A DNA stretch of 64,000 nucleotides from Candidatus Omnitrophota bacterium (GTDB lineage Bacteria; Omnitrophota; Gorgyraeia; Zapsychrales; Fredricksoniimonadaceae). Positions 30,813 through 40,890 of this stretch are shown piece by piece. The notes beneath the pieces are model-generated. The model saw only the letters and a list, made by a program, of their open reading frames with translations. It ran no database searches and was not told where the DNA came from. Both the position numbers and the translations under genes were made by a program. The stretch is from the NCBI GenBank assembly GCA_903901225.1, contig CAIUQE010000031.1, forward strand, positions 28,676 to 92,675, in the 5' to 3' direction. How positions within the stretch are numbered: position 1 is the first letter of the stretch; each line of letters begins with the position of its first letter.

Positions 30813-32132
30813 ATGAAAACAGGATTATTTGGACAAGAACTGACGATCGCGGAACAGCTCAAGGCGGCGACCTTTGTCGCGCATGCCCGCATCCAGACCT
30901 CGCCTTTTTCACAGGCGCTGGTGGATTGCCAATTGCCGCTGGAATCATATGTCGCGCAATTGCGCGCTTTGTTCGTGATCCATGAAGAATTGGAACGGGC
31001 GCTCGATAATTGCCGTGATGAACGGGTCGCGTCGGTCTGGAGGGGCGATATGCGCCGGTTGCCGCGGCTGCAGAAGGACCTTGAGTATTTCCAGCCGCGC
31101 ATGGTCGCGGACTTGAAAGAGGCGGCGGACGCGGCGCAGCAAGTGGCCGGGTTCATCCGGACGAAGTCGGCCGAACAGCCGCTGAACCTTTTGGGATATC
31201 TTTATGTTCTGGAAGGTTCCACCATTGGGGCTGTTGTGCTCAAGCCGATATTCGCGCGGGCATTCTTGCTCGTGGGCCAGGAAGGCTTGTCGTATCTCCA
31301 TAGCGAGGTCCCCGCGGTCCATGTCCGCTGGGGGCAGTACCAGCAACGCATGAACGCGCTGCGCCTGAATAAAGAGGAAAGCGCGCTTGTTGTCCACGCG
31401 GCCAAAGAGTTCTTTGCTTACGTCGAGACGCTTTTTCAGGTCTTGTACCCGTTCAAGCCGGAGTCCAGGGTCTTTCAGGCGACTTCGATCAATCCCGACG
31501 CGGGGCAGTATCCTGTGCCGAAGGATCCCCGTGAAGTTGAGGCGGCGGTCAAAGCGGGCGATATTTGCTGGGAGAGGTTCCCTTATTTGAAACAGCGCTA
31601 TGGGGAACGCGGGTTGCGCTTTACCCGCAGTGACGCCGCCTGGCTGACCACACTGGCCGGGTGCGACCCGTCGCTGATCATCGGGCAGGTGCGGTGGTTG
31701 AACCGGGTCCTGGCGGGCCGCGGGATGCCGTCCATCGTGATGCAGGTCCAGCTGGAAATGCTCGTCGACACCCTTGTGGACGCCATTCCCGAGCGGAGAT
31801 CCCAATACGAAAAGTTGCTGCTGGCTTCTGCAGATCTCCTTAAACTACGCCGGCAACATCTTTCTGATGAGGCGTTGTTGACGTTGTCGGCGTCGTTCGA
31901 CAGTGCCGTCGGCCCTGAGTTGGCCGCGAAGTTTCCCCGTATGGGTGAACTGATCGTTTGTGCTGTCATCGATGACCAGGCGGGGATCGAGACAGTCGCT
32001 GAGAACGTCCGTCAATGGATGACCGATGCCGCGCGTTTTCCGTCGGAATGGATCCGCGCGGTTGAGTCAACGCTGGCCCAGGCGCGCCAGCAGGCGCACC
32101 CCGCGAAAAGCGCGCCGTCTGAGCACGTTTAG
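30813..32132 (+). CDS. heme oxygenase-like domain fused to a helical globin-like domain
   Basis: LKAAT..AH proximal His, GYLYVLEGSTIG kinked-helix motif; C-terminal RYGERG.RF..SD..WL. Confidence 0.75.
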   Translation: MKTGLFGQELTIAEQLKAATFVAHARIQTSPFSQALVDCQLPLESYVAQLRALFVIHEELERALDNCRDERVASVWRGDMRRLPRLQKDLEYFQPRMVADLKEAADAAQQVAGFIRTKSAEQPLNLLGYLYVLEGSTIGAVVLKPIFARAFLLVGQEGLSYLHSEVPAVHVRWGQYQQRMNALRLNKEESALVVHAAKEFFAYVETLFQVLYPFKPESRVFQATSINPDAGQYPVPKDPREVEAAVKAGDICWERFPYLKQRYGERGLRFTRSDAAWLTTLAGCDPSLIIGQVRWLNRVLAGRGMPSIVMQVQLEMLVDTLVDAIPERRSQYEKLLLASADLLKLRRQHLSDEALLTLSASFDSAVGPELAAKFPRMGELIVCAVIDDQAGIETVAENVRQWMTDAARFPSEWIRAVESTLAQARQQAHPAKSAPSEHV

Positions 32133-32150
32133 AAGAAAGGAGCATCACCC

Positions 32151-32870
32151 ATGTCTAAAGATATCAAAGAGGCACCGGCCTTCCTTTTTGTTTTGTTCCT
32201 TGTGACTGTTTTTTTGTCGGAGGCAGTGGTTATCCTCCTGTTGCGTCATTTTGGCCGCGCGTTGCCCGACCCGGTGGCGATCGCCGTGGGCAGCGCCTTA
32301 TTTGCGGGTGCCGTTGGGCTGGTCCTTTACATGTTTGTTTTTCGCCTTCTCGTGCGCGAGGCGGAACAACGCGCGCAGGCACAACAGTTATTGCTGGAGA
32401 AAGATCAGGGGTTGAAGGCGGCCCTTCACCGGGCTGATGCGCTTCACCAGCAATTGAATACGGCTAACCAGCGGCTTGATGCCGTTAACCAGGAATTGGA
32501 AACTTCCCGTCAGAAAGCCAATGCCGCCGACCAGAAATTGAATGCCGTTGGCCGGCAATTGGCCGCCTATGAGCAGGAAATTGCGGGGTTGAACCAGAAA
32601 CTCTCGGCCAGTGAACAGAAGTTGAAGGCGGCGAAGACGGGGCTGGAGGAGAAAGCCAAAGAACATGCCAAAGAATTGAATGATGCCAGGGCTTCTTTCG
32701 AAGCTGAGGCCGAGAAAATGGCACAGAAGTTGCAGGTGAAAAAGAAGGAAGATGAGAAAGTGAACGCTCAGATGGGTGAACGCGAATACAGGGTCATAGA
32801 ACTCAAAAAAGAAGTGAACAAGTTATCCAAAGAGCTCGGGCAGCCGGAGCCGTATTTTGGGGGCGTGTGA
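32151..32870 (+). CDS. 2-TM membrane protein with long coiled coil
   Basis: Two hydrophobic segments, L..(A/S).Q heptads, C-terminal [22 protein letters not shown]; RBS AAAGGAG. Confidence 0.8.
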   Translation: MSKDIKEAPAFLFVLFLVTVFLSEAVVILLLRHFGRALPDPVAIAVGSALFAGAVGLVLYMFVFRLLVREAEQRAQAQQLLLEKDQGLKAALHRADALHQQLNTANQRLDAVNQELETSRQKANAADQKLNAVGRQLAAYEQEIAGLNQKLSASEQKLKAAKTGLEEKAKEHAKELNDARASFEAEAEKMAQKLQVKKKEDEKVNAQMGEREYRVIELKKEVNKLSKELGQPEPYFGGV

Positions 32871-32965
32871 AACCGGGGGACACACATTTATTTCCGGGAG
32901 AGTTAATTTCCAGAGGGTCGATCGACTTTGGCGGTATAATACAGGTAACCGACCAGGGGGGATGT

Positions 32966-33496
32966 ATGGAAAACCGTAACCATGCGCTTAGAATTTTTAG
33001 GACGTTCCTGGTCGCGCTAGGGATGACCAGTTGTGTGACGAATGTGGGGGCGGCCATGAATGATAAAGATCTTTCTACGTGTGATCTGAAGTCGCGCCTG
33101 ACGCCTGAGCAATATCAGGTGACCCAGGAAAGCGGGACAGAAGTGCCTTTTCATAATGCCTATTGGCAGGAACATCGCGAGGGGATTTACGTGGATGTCG
33201 TGACGGGCAAGGTTCTTTTCAGTTCCAAAGACAAGTTTGATTCCGGTACGGGTTGGCCAAGTTTTACCCAGCCTGTGCAGGCGGATGTCGTGAGCGAGAA
33301 AACTGATGCCGCGCATGGCATGGCCCGCACGGAAGTCCGTAACGCGGACGGGTCAGCGCACTTGGGCCATGTTTTTGATGACGGCCCGGCGCCGACGCGA
33401 CGGCGTTATTGCATCAACTCAGCCGCGCTTAAATTCATCCCGCGGCAGGACCTTGAAAAAGAAGGTTACGGACAATATCGCCGGCTGTTTGAATGA
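32966..33496 (+). CDS. msrB: peptide-methionine (R)-S-oxide reductase, exported
   Basis: [27 protein letters not shown]; N-terminal signal-like segment. Confidence 0.93.
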   Translation: MENRNHALRIFRTFLVALGMTSCVTNVGAAMNDKDLSTCDLKSRLTPEQYQVTQESGTEVPFHNAYWQEHREGIYVDVVTGKVLFSSKDKFDSGTGWPSFTQPVQADVVSEKTDAAHGMARTEVRNADGSAHLGHVFDDGPAPTRRRYCINSAALKFIPRQDLEKEGYGQYRRLFE

Positions 33497-34095
33497 GGTT
33501 GCGGATGAAGGCGCTGGGGATTCTATTAATACTAGGGGTTCTTATGACAAGCGTCAGCCTGGCGGAGAATGTGCCCGCGACATCGAAGAAAGCCGTATTC
33601 GCCGGAGGTTGTTTCTGGTGCCTCCAGCCCGGGTTTGATCACACGCAGGGGGTCCTTGCCACTACGGTGGGGTATACCGGCGGGCAGGTATCGACGCCAA
33701 CGTATGAACAGGTTTGCGCCGGCTCAACAGGGCACCTGGAGGCCATTGAGGTCGTTTATGACCCGGCGGTCGTGGCGTACGAAAAACTGGTGGATATTTT
33801 TTGGCGCTCAGTTGACCCCACGGACGATGGTGGCCAGTTCGCTGACCGGGGGAGCCAGTACCGGACCGCGATCTTTTACGCGGATGATGGACAGAAGCGC
33901 CTCGCCGAAGAGGCCGTGCGCCGCCTGGCCGCGTCAGGAAAGTTCACGAAGCCCATTATGACAAGGGTCCTGCCTGCCGCGGTGTTCTATCCCGCCGAGA
34001 CATATCACCAGAAATATTACCTGAAACAGTCCGGACGTTACAATGATTACAAGAACGGTTCCGGGCGCGCGGATTTCCTGAAGAAGGCCTGGTGA
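33493..34095 (+). CDS. msrA: peptide-methionine (S)-S-oxide reductase, exported
   Basis: [27 protein letters not shown]; signal peptide SLA-E. Confidence 0.94.
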   Translation: MRLRMKALGILLILGVLMTSVSLAENVPATSKKAVFAGGCFWCLQPGFDHTQGVLATTVGYTGGQVSTPTYEQVCAGSTGHLEAIEVVYDPAVVAYEKLVDIFWRSVDPTDDGGQFADRGSQYRTAIFYADDGQKRLAEEAVRRLAASGKFTKPIMTRVLPAAVFYPAETYHQKYYLKQSGRYNDYKNGSGRADFLKKAW

Positions 34096-34120
34096 GGCAG
34101 ATCGCTTTTCCACATATCCC

Positions 34121-34161
34121 TTGACACATTGATTAGCGATGCTAAAGTTTAGTGACGCTAA
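34121..34161 (+). promoter_or_regulatory. promoter with two tandem palindromic operators (likely MarR)
   Basis: TTGACA-16 bp-TGcTAAAGT overlapped by TTAGCgatGCTAA (34133-34145) and TTAGTgacGCTAA (34149-34161). Confidence 0.75.
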
Positions 34162-34204
34162 TGATGTTGGCGTATTCATCCACCTTAAGATCGAAAGCCA
34201 CCCG

Positions 34205-34624
34205 ATGAAGACCATTCACGCCATTGCCGAAGAAGTCGCGATGATCGGCCCCCAGATAGGGCGCCGTATCATGGCTGACCTCGCCCAGGTCGCGGATATA
34301 CCGCATGCCCAGCTGTGCGTGGTGATGCTGTTGTTCCACCAGGGCCCCAAGCACCTTTCGGATATCTGCCAGCAGATGAAGGTTTCCGCGCCCACGGCCA
34401 CCGGTATCGTGACCCGCCTGGAGAAGTCGGGGTTTGTCAGCCGTACGGCTGACATCAAGGATCGCCGCGCGGTTGTCGTCTGCCTTACCGCGGATGGGCG
34501 CAAACTTACGCAAAAGATGCGCGCGGTCGTCGTCAAACGCTGGACCGATATTTTCCTGAAGATATCCCGTGAAGATGCCCAGAAATACCTTGAGATATTA
34601 AAGAAGATCAGTGAGGCCATATGA
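34205..34624 (+). CDS. MarR family transcriptional regulator
   Basis: wHTH, TGIVTRLEKSGFV.R, DRR.V.V.LT..G. Confidence 0.92.
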   Translation: MKTIHAIAEEVAMIGPQIGRRIMADLAQVADIPHAQLCVVMLLFHQGPKHLSDICQQMKVSAPTATGIVTRLEKSGFVSRTADIKDRRAVVVCLTADGRKLTQKMRAVVVKRWTDIFLKISREDAQKYLEILKKISEAI

Positions 34625-35883
34625 CAAAGAAACTCTGGTTGGTGGTGTTGTTCTCTTTCATGACAGTCGCGGCGTCGGCCGACGCGCCGCCGGTGCCAAC
34701 GGCCGGAGACGGATTGACGCTGCGGGAGTGCTACGCGCTGGCCCTCAAGCGCAGCGAGACCATTGCTATTCAGAAGGAATATGTCAAGGAAACGGAAGGC
34801 CAGCTCCTGCAGGCGTTCAGCGCGGCGTTGCCGAGGGTGGCATTCGCGTATTCGGAAAAATGGCAGGATATCACGCATAACAACACTTTCGGCGGGGCTT
34901 CGCCGGAGGGAAAGTTCACCTTCACCCAGCCATTATTCTCCGGCTTCAAGGAGTTCGCGGCCATTGCGGCGACCCGGCATCTTGGCAAGCAGCGCCAGCT
35001 TGAGCTCAAGCGCGCCCGTGAATTGCTGTTCACGGATGTGGCCGATGCGTTCTATCTCTATGCCAGTTATCAGGACAGCCTGGATGTTCTGGAACTGACC
35101 CACAAGGCATTGTTGGATCGTGTGGACGAACTCAAGCGGCGCGAAGCCATCGGCCGCTCGCGTTCCAGCGAGGTGGCCAGCGCCCTGGCCAAGCTTTATA
35201 GCAATGAAGCGGCCATGGAAGGTGTGCGCGGCCAGAAAAGCCTGACGGGTGAGCTGGTGGAATTCCTTATCGGAAGAACTTTTGAGAAACTCAGTCCGGA
35301 AGACCTGCCGTCGAAGGATGTCCCGGCCGAAGAGCTTTACCCGAAGGCCGCGGCGCGTGCCGATGTGCAGGCGGCCCGGGAGAACCTGGAGCTTTTCAGG
35401 AATAATGTCACGGTCATGCGCGCGCAATTTTTTCCGACCGTTACCCTTTCCGGCAATTCCTACACCAAACGCCTTGACGCGAATGAAGGCAATGACTGGG
35501 ATGCCACGCTCGCGGTCAATGTGCCTTTGTTCAACGGGTTGAACGATTTTGGCCAGGTCAACCAGGCCAGGGCCCAGTTCCATGAAGCGGACTTCCAGCT
35601 GTCCCGGGCGACGCGCCAGGCCCTGCTGGAGATCCGAAACGCGTATACCCGTTTGTTGTCGGCACGTGAAAGGTTCAAGGCCCTTGACCGGGCGGTTGAT
35701 GGTTACGAGAAAAATTATGAGCTCCAGGCGCAGGATTTCCAGAAGAGCCTGGTGAGCAACCTTGATGTCCTTCAGGCGATCCAGGACCTTCAGGGCGCGC
35801 GCAGCGACCGTGTCACGGGTAAGACCGATGAACAGCGGGCGTACTGGAACCTGAAAGTCGCCACGGGAGAGGTTGAGTTATGA
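34621..35883 (+). CDS. TolC family outer membrane efflux protein
   Basis: Signal peptide, LTL.EC..LAL, repeated QPLF.G / VPLFNG. Confidence 0.9.
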   Translation: MTKKLWLVVLFSFMTVAASADAPPVPTAGDGLTLRECYALALKRSETIAIQKEYVKETEGQLLQAFSAALPRVAFAYSEKWQDITHNNTFGGASPEGKFTFTQPLFSGFKEFAAIAATRHLGKQRQLELKRARELLFTDVADAFYLYASYQDSLDVLELTHKALLDRVDELKRREAIGRSRSSEVASALAKLYSNEAAMEGVRGQKSLTGELVEFLIGRTFEKLSPEDLPSKDVPAEELYPKAAARADVQAARENLELFRNNVTVMRAQFFPTVTLSGNSYTKRLDANEGNDWDATLAVNVPLFNGLNDFGQVNQARAQFHEADFQLSRATRQALLEIRNAYTRLLSARERFKALDRAVDGYEKNYELQAQDFQKSLVSNLDVLQAIQDLQGARSDRVTGKTDEQRAYWNLKVATGEVEL

Positions 35884-38800
35884 CATTAGCCGATATTTCG
35901 ATCAAACGCCCCGTTTTTGCCTGGATGGTCATGCTGGGGCTTATGGCCTTTGGCCTTTTTTCCTTTTACCAGATGGGTGTCAGCCAGTTGCCGAACGTGG
36001 ATTTCCCCGTTGTTTCCGTGAACCTGACGTGGCAGGGCGCGGCACCGGAGGTCATGGAAACGGACGTGGTCGACCAGGTCGAGCAGGCGGTCATGGGCGT
36101 GCAGGGGATCAAGGATATCTCTTCTTCCGTCAGGGTGGGTTCGGCGACGATCACGCTCGAGTTCGAGTTGGGCCGCAATATTGATTTTGCGGTCCAGGAA
36201 GTGCAGAACAAGATCATGCAGGTCCAGCGGTTGCTGCCCCAGGATATGGACCCGCCCACGATCACCAAGGTGAATCCGGCGGAACAGCCGATCATCTGGA
36301 TCGCGGTCACGGGGGAGCGCCCCCTGCGCGAGCTGATGGAATATGTCCAGAACCGCCTGTCGGACAAGTTTTCCTCGTTAACGGGTGTGGGCGAGGTCGT
36401 GCTTGGTGGTTATGTCGACCCTAATCTGCGCGTGTGGATCGACACCAAGAAGCTCCAGGCATACGAGCTGACGGCGCATGATGTGATCAACGCGATCAGC
36501 CAGGAGCACGCGGAGCTGCCCGCGGGCCGCATTGAGACTTCGCTGCGTGAACAGGATGTCCGGGTCATGGGTGAGGCCAGGAATCCGCAGGAGTTCGGCG
36601 ACCTTCTTATCGCCCAGCGCAACGGCCAGTCCAATTATCGTCCGATCTACATCAAGGATGTGGCGACGGTCGAGGACGGCCTGGCCGATATCCGCCGCAT
36701 TTCGCGTTTCAACGGCGTGCAGTCGATCGGTCTTGGCATCAAGAAACAGCCCGGCACCAACGAGGTCGAGATAGCGCACAAGGTCAAGGAGCGCCTGGCC
36801 CAGATCCAGAAGGAATTGCCCGAGGGCATGCATGCCGGCATTGTCGTGGACCGCACCAAATTCATCGAGGATTCGATCCACGAGCTGATGTTCACGTTGA
36901 TGTTATCGGCGCTGGTGACATCCCTTGTTTGCTGGATATTCCTGGGGTCATGGAGCGCCACGGTGAACATCCTGCTGGCTATCCCGACATCGATCCTGGG
37001 GACGTTTTTAGTCGCGAAGTTCTTTCATTTCACGCTCAACACGTTCACGGTCCTTGGGCTGTCTTTGGCCATCGGCATTGTGGTCGATGACTCGATCATG
37101 GTCCTGGAGAATATTGTCCGTTACAGGGAGAACGGTTACCCGCGGCTGGAGGGGGCGCAGGAAGGGGCCCGCCAGATAACCGGCGCCGCCATGGCCACGA
37201 CGCTGGCCATGATCGCGATCTTTATCCCTGTCATTTTCATGTCCGGCATCATGGGGAAATTCTTTTATGAATTCGGCGTGACCATTTCCGTGGCTGTGGC
37301 GCTTTCGCTTCTCGAAGCGCTCATGCTGACACCCATGCGCTGTTCACAATTTTTGACGATCCATGAACGGACTACCTTTTTCGGGAAGGGTGTCGATCAT
37401 ATTTTCAAGGTGTTGGCCAAGATCTACCGCGCGGGACTGGGTTGGGCACTGCGTTTCCGCTGGCTGGTCATCCTTGTGTCGGTGCTGATATTCGCGGGTT
37501 CGCTCAAGCTGGTGGGGCTCATGCGCAGTGAATTTGTGCCCGCGCAGGACCAAAGCATGTTCATGGCGTCGATCAAGACACCGCCGGGATCATCCATCGA
37601 TTATACCAATGGCCGCTTTCGTGAGCTCGAGAAGGTCATTGCCAGCCATCCCGAGGTATTGCGGTATTTTGAGGCGATCGGCGGGTTTTCCGGCGGCGAT
37701 GTCAATCAGGGGATATTTTTTATCACCTTGAAAGAACCCGCGGCGCGTCCTGTTGTCAACGGGCATCATATCAAGCAGGGCGAGGTCATGGCGGCGTTCC
37801 GCAAGGAATTCAACAAGGTCAAGGATGTGAAGGCGTTCATGCAGGATCTTTCGCTCAGCGGGTTCTCCGCCAAGCGCGGGTTTCCCATTGAATTGACCGT
37901 GGCAGGCCCCGACTGGGACAAGCTGGTAGATTATTCCATGCAGATCAAGGACCGCATGGCCAAGAGCGGGCTGATGCTCGACGTGGACACGGATTACCTG
38001 GTCGGGGCTTCCGAGATCCAGGTGGTCCCCAACCGTCAGAAAGCTGACGAACATGGTGTTTCTGTCGGAACGATCGGCGAAGCGGTCAATCTGCTGATCG
38101 GTGGTGACCGTGTCGCGAAATACACCAGTGGCGGGCGCCGGTATGACGTGCGCGTGCGCCTCGTCCCTGATCAGCGCAGCAAGATGGAACATATCGAGGA
38201 CCTTTGGGTCTGGAACAACCGCGGTGAGCGGGTCCAGTTGAAGGATGTCGTGGATGTGACTGAAAAACCGACGGCACTGTCGATCACCCGTCGTATGCGC
38301 GAACGCGCGGTGTCGCTTTTTGCCAATGTGGCTCCCGGCCAGTCGCAGACCGACGCGATCGCCTTCACCCTTAAGGCTTCCAAAGAAGTCCTTCCCGAAG
38401 GGTATCATATGTCCCTGAGCGGCAGCGCCCAGACGTATAAAGAATCTTCCGGCGGGATGGCCCTGGTCTTTGTGATGGGGTTGATCGTGGCGTACATGGT
38501 GCTGGGGTCGCAGTTCAACAGTTTCCTGCACCCTCTGATCATCATGATCGCGTTGCCCTTCAGTATCTCCGGGGCGGTTGTCGCGCTCCTGGCGGGCGGG
38601 CAGTCGATGAACATGTACAGCATCATCGGTGTTATCCTGCTCATGGGGATCGTCAAGAAGAACTCGATCCTTCTGGTTGATTTCACCAACCAGGTGAGGG
38701 CCGAGGGCAAGGGCGTGGAAGAAGCGCTCGTGACCGCGTGCCCGATCCGTTTACGGCCGATCCTGATGACATCCATCGCCACCATCGTGGCGGCTATCCC

Positions 38801-38951
38801 TCCGGCCATGGCGATGGGGCCGGGCGCGGAGATCCGCATCCCCATGGCCATCGCGGTCATCGGGGGCGTCATCGTGTCAACGTTCTTCACGCTGTTCGTG
38901 GTCCCGTGCGTTTACCGCGTGACCGCGCGTGACGCGGCCGGGAAAAAATAA
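35880..38951 (+). CDS. RND efflux permease (AcrB/AcrD/AcrF family)
   Basis: SIKRPVFA, GIVVDDSI.VLEN, GIVKKNSILLVDF, RLRPILMT; 1023 aa. Confidence 0.95.
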   Translation: MTLADISIKRPVFAWMVMLGLMAFGLFSFYQMGVSQLPNVDFPVVSVNLTWQGAAPEVMETDVVDQVEQAVMGVQGIKDISSSVRVGSATITLEFELGRNIDFAVQEVQNKIMQVQRLLPQDMDPPTITKVNPAEQPIIWIAVTGERPLRELMEYVQNRLSDKFSSLTGVGEVVLGGYVDPNLRVWIDTKKLQAYELTAHDVINAISQEHAELPAGRIETSLREQDVRVMGEARNPQEFGDLLIAQRNGQSNYRPIYIKDVATVEDGLADIRRISRFNGVQSIGLGIKKQPGTNEVEIAHKVKERLAQIQKELPEGMHAGIVVDRTKFIEDSIHELMFTLMLSALVTSLVCWIFLGSWSATVNILLAIPTSILGTFLVAKFFHFTLNTFTVLGLSLAIGIVVDDSIMVLENIVRYRENGYPRLEGAQEGARQITGAAMATTLAMIAIFIPVIFMSGIMGKFFYEFGVTISVAVALSLLEALMLTPMRCSQFLTIHERTTFFGKGVDHIFKVLAKIYRAGLGWALRFRWLVILVSVLIFAGSLKLVGLMRSEFVPAQDQSMFMASIKTPPGSSIDYTNGRFRELEKVIASHPEVLRYFEAIGGFSGGDVNQGIFFITLKEPAARPVVNGHHIKQGEVMAAFRKEFNKVKDVKAFMQDLSLSGFSAKRGFPIELTVAGPDWDKLVDYSMQIKDRMAKSGLMLDVDTDYLVGASEIQVVPNRQKADEHGVSVGTIGEAVNLLIGGDRVAKYTSGGRRYDVRVRLVPDQRSKMEHIEDLWVWNNRGERVQLKDVVDVTEKPTALSITRRMRERAVSLFANVAPGQSQTDAIAFTLKASKEVLPEGYHMSLSGSAQTYKESSGGMALVFVMGLIVAYMVLGSQFNSFLHPLIIMIALPFSISGAVVALLAGGQSMNMYSIIGVILLMGIVKKNSILLVDFTNQVRAEGKGVEEALVTACPIRLRPILMTSIATIVAAIPPAMAMGPGAEIRIPMAIAVIGGVIVSTFFTLFVVPCVYRVTARDAAGKK

Positions 38952-40177
38952 TGTTCCGTTCGCTGAGGCATGTCAATTTCCGTCTTTTCTTTATCGGGCA
39001 AAGCGTCTCGCTGGTGGGGACGTGGATGCAGATCGTGGCCCTGGGGTGGTTGTCGTACCGCCTGACGCATTCGCCTTTTCTCCTGGGGTGCGTCGCTTTT
39101 GCCGCCCAGATCCCCAGCCTTTTCCTGTCGCCCTTCGCCGGGGTCCTGGCCGACCGTTATGACCGGCGCAACATCCTCATCCTGGCCCAGGCGTTGTGCA
39201 TGGTGCAGGCTTCGGTGCTGGCGTTCCTGGTGCTGAGCCATACCATCACGATCGGGCATATCCTCTGGCTGAGCCTTTTCCTGGGGATCGTCGGCGCTTT
39301 CGAGATGACCGTGCGCCAGTCTTTTCTCGTCGAGCTTGTGGATGACAAGACGAACCTCGCGAACGCCATCGCGCTCAATTCCATGATGTTCAACGCCTCG
39401 CGCCTCGTGGGCCCGGGCATCGCGGGTTTGCTCATTGCCTCGTTTGGTGAGGGGATATGTTTTTTGGTCAACGCGGCCTCTTACATCGCGATCATCGCGG
39501 CGTTAGCGTTCGTGACCGTTGTCCGTCCGGGCGTCGAACGGCCGGCCGGCTTTAAAATAGGGCGTGAATTCAAGGAAGGTTTCCTGTACGCGTTCAGGTC
39601 GCTGCCTATCCGGCTTATGCTAGTATCCGTCGCCGTGTTCAGCATCGCGGGCGCGGTGCTGCAGACGCTCCTGCCGGTCTTTGTGCAGGAAGTTTTCAAG
39701 GGAGGGTCGGGCATGTTCGCTTTCCTGTTGAGCGTTTCCGGTGCCGGGGCTTTGGCGGGGACGATGTTCCTTGCCAGCAAAAGGTCGGTCGACGGGCTGG
39801 CGGGGAATATGGCCATTTGCACGGCGCTCATGGGGGTGGGGCTTGTTGTTTTCGGGGTGATGAAGGTATACTGGGTCGTATGCGCCGCGGCCTTTTTTCT
39901 GGGCGTGGCGATGATGGTCGGCATCGGCGGGGGGAATATCCTCCTGCAGACGCTGGTCGAGGATGGCAAGCGCGGGCGGGTCATGAGCCTTTACGCGATG
40001 GCGCTCATGGGGACCGCGCCGTTCGCGAGCCTTGGCGCCGGCGTGTTCGCCGCGCGCTTCGGTGCTGACGCGGCCTTCGCGGCCATCGGCGTGCTTTCCA
40101 TTATTGGCGCGTTCCTTTTTTCACGGGAACGCGGGCGGTTCCGTCACACCGCGGGAGGAGCCTATGCTTCGATTTGA
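38951..40177 (+). CDS. MFS transporter (H+ antiporter-like)
   Basis: GVLADRYDRR motif A, ~12 TM, RGRVMS. Confidence 0.9.
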   Translation: MFRSLRHVNFRLFFIGQSVSLVGTWMQIVALGWLSYRLTHSPFLLGCVAFAAQIPSLFLSPFAGVLADRYDRRNILILAQALCMVQASVLAFLVLSHTITIGHILWLSLFLGIVGAFEMTVRQSFLVELVDDKTNLANAIALNSMMFNASRLVGPGIAGLLIASFGEGICFLVNAASYIAIIAALAFVTVVRPGVERPAGFKIGREFKEGFLYAFRSLPIRLMLVSVAVFSIAGAVLQTLLPVFVQEVFKGGSGMFAFLLSVSGAGALAGTMFLASKRSVDGLAGNMAICTALMGVGLVVFGVMKVYWVVCAAAFFLGVAMMVGIGGGNILLQTLVEDGKRGRVMSLYAMALMGTAPFASLGAGVFAARFGADAAFAAIGVLSIIGAFLFSRERGRFRHTAGGAYASI

Positions 40178-40841
40178 TATCATCAGTATTTTTCCGGGTG
40201 CCTTTACCGCGGTGCTGGATGAGTCCATCATGAAGCGCGCGCAGGCCAAGAAGAAAGTTTCCTTCCATGTCCACGACCTGCGTTCGTTCTCAAAGGACCC
40301 GCACCGCAAGGTCGACGACCGTCCCTTCGGCGGGGGGCCGGGGATGGTCATGACGCCACAGCCGCTGGTCGACGCGGTCAGGAAGGTCAAGGGCCGGCGC
40401 AAGGCGAAGGTCATTTACATGTGTCCCGGCGGCACGCCCCTGACCCAGGCGAAAGCCAAAGAGCTCGCGCGCGAAAAAAATATCATCCTGGTCTGCGGCC
40501 ATTATGAGGGTATCGACGAGCGCGTTCGCGCGCTTGTTGTGGATGAGAGCCTGTCCATCGGTGACTATGTGCTCACGGGCGGCGAGCTGCCGGCCATGGT
40601 GGTGGTGGATGCCCTCACGCGCCTTGTGCCCGGAGTGCTGGGCAAGGAAGCCTCGCTGGAAGATGAATCGTTCGAGCGGGGGTTGCTGGAATACCCCCAG
40701 TACACACGCCCCGCAGATTTTTGTGGAAATAAAGTACCGCCTGTGTTATTATCCGGCAATCATCAGGCGGTAAAAGAATGGCGGACAGCCCAGGCGCAGG
40801 CGCGCACGAAGAGATTTCGCCCTGATCTGATGGAAAGATAA
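40164..40841 (+). CDS. trmD: tRNA (guanine37-N1)-methyltransferase
   Basis: DDRPFGGGPGM, CGHYEGIDER, SIGDYVLTGGE, LLSGNH; RBS GGAGGAG. Confidence 0.97.
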   Translation: MLRFDIISIFPGAFTAVLDESIMKRAQAKKKVSFHVHDLRSFSKDPHRKVDDRPFGGGPGMVMTPQPLVDAVRKVKGRRKAKVIYMCPGGTPLTQAKAKELAREKNIILVCGHYEGIDERVRALVVDESLSIGDYVLTGGELPAMVVVDALTRLVPGVLGKEASLEDESFERGLLEYPQYTRPADFCGNKVPPVLLSGNHQAVKEWRTAQAQARTKRFRPDLMER

Positions 40842-40890
40842 GGGCATTCCCGTCTTGGGGTCTTTCGAAGAATAATTCAAAGGAGAACAT

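Noticed and set aside
40842-40890. L19 leader RNA
   Set aside because: Only short, weak hairpins are present; I cannot match the known leader consensus by eye.
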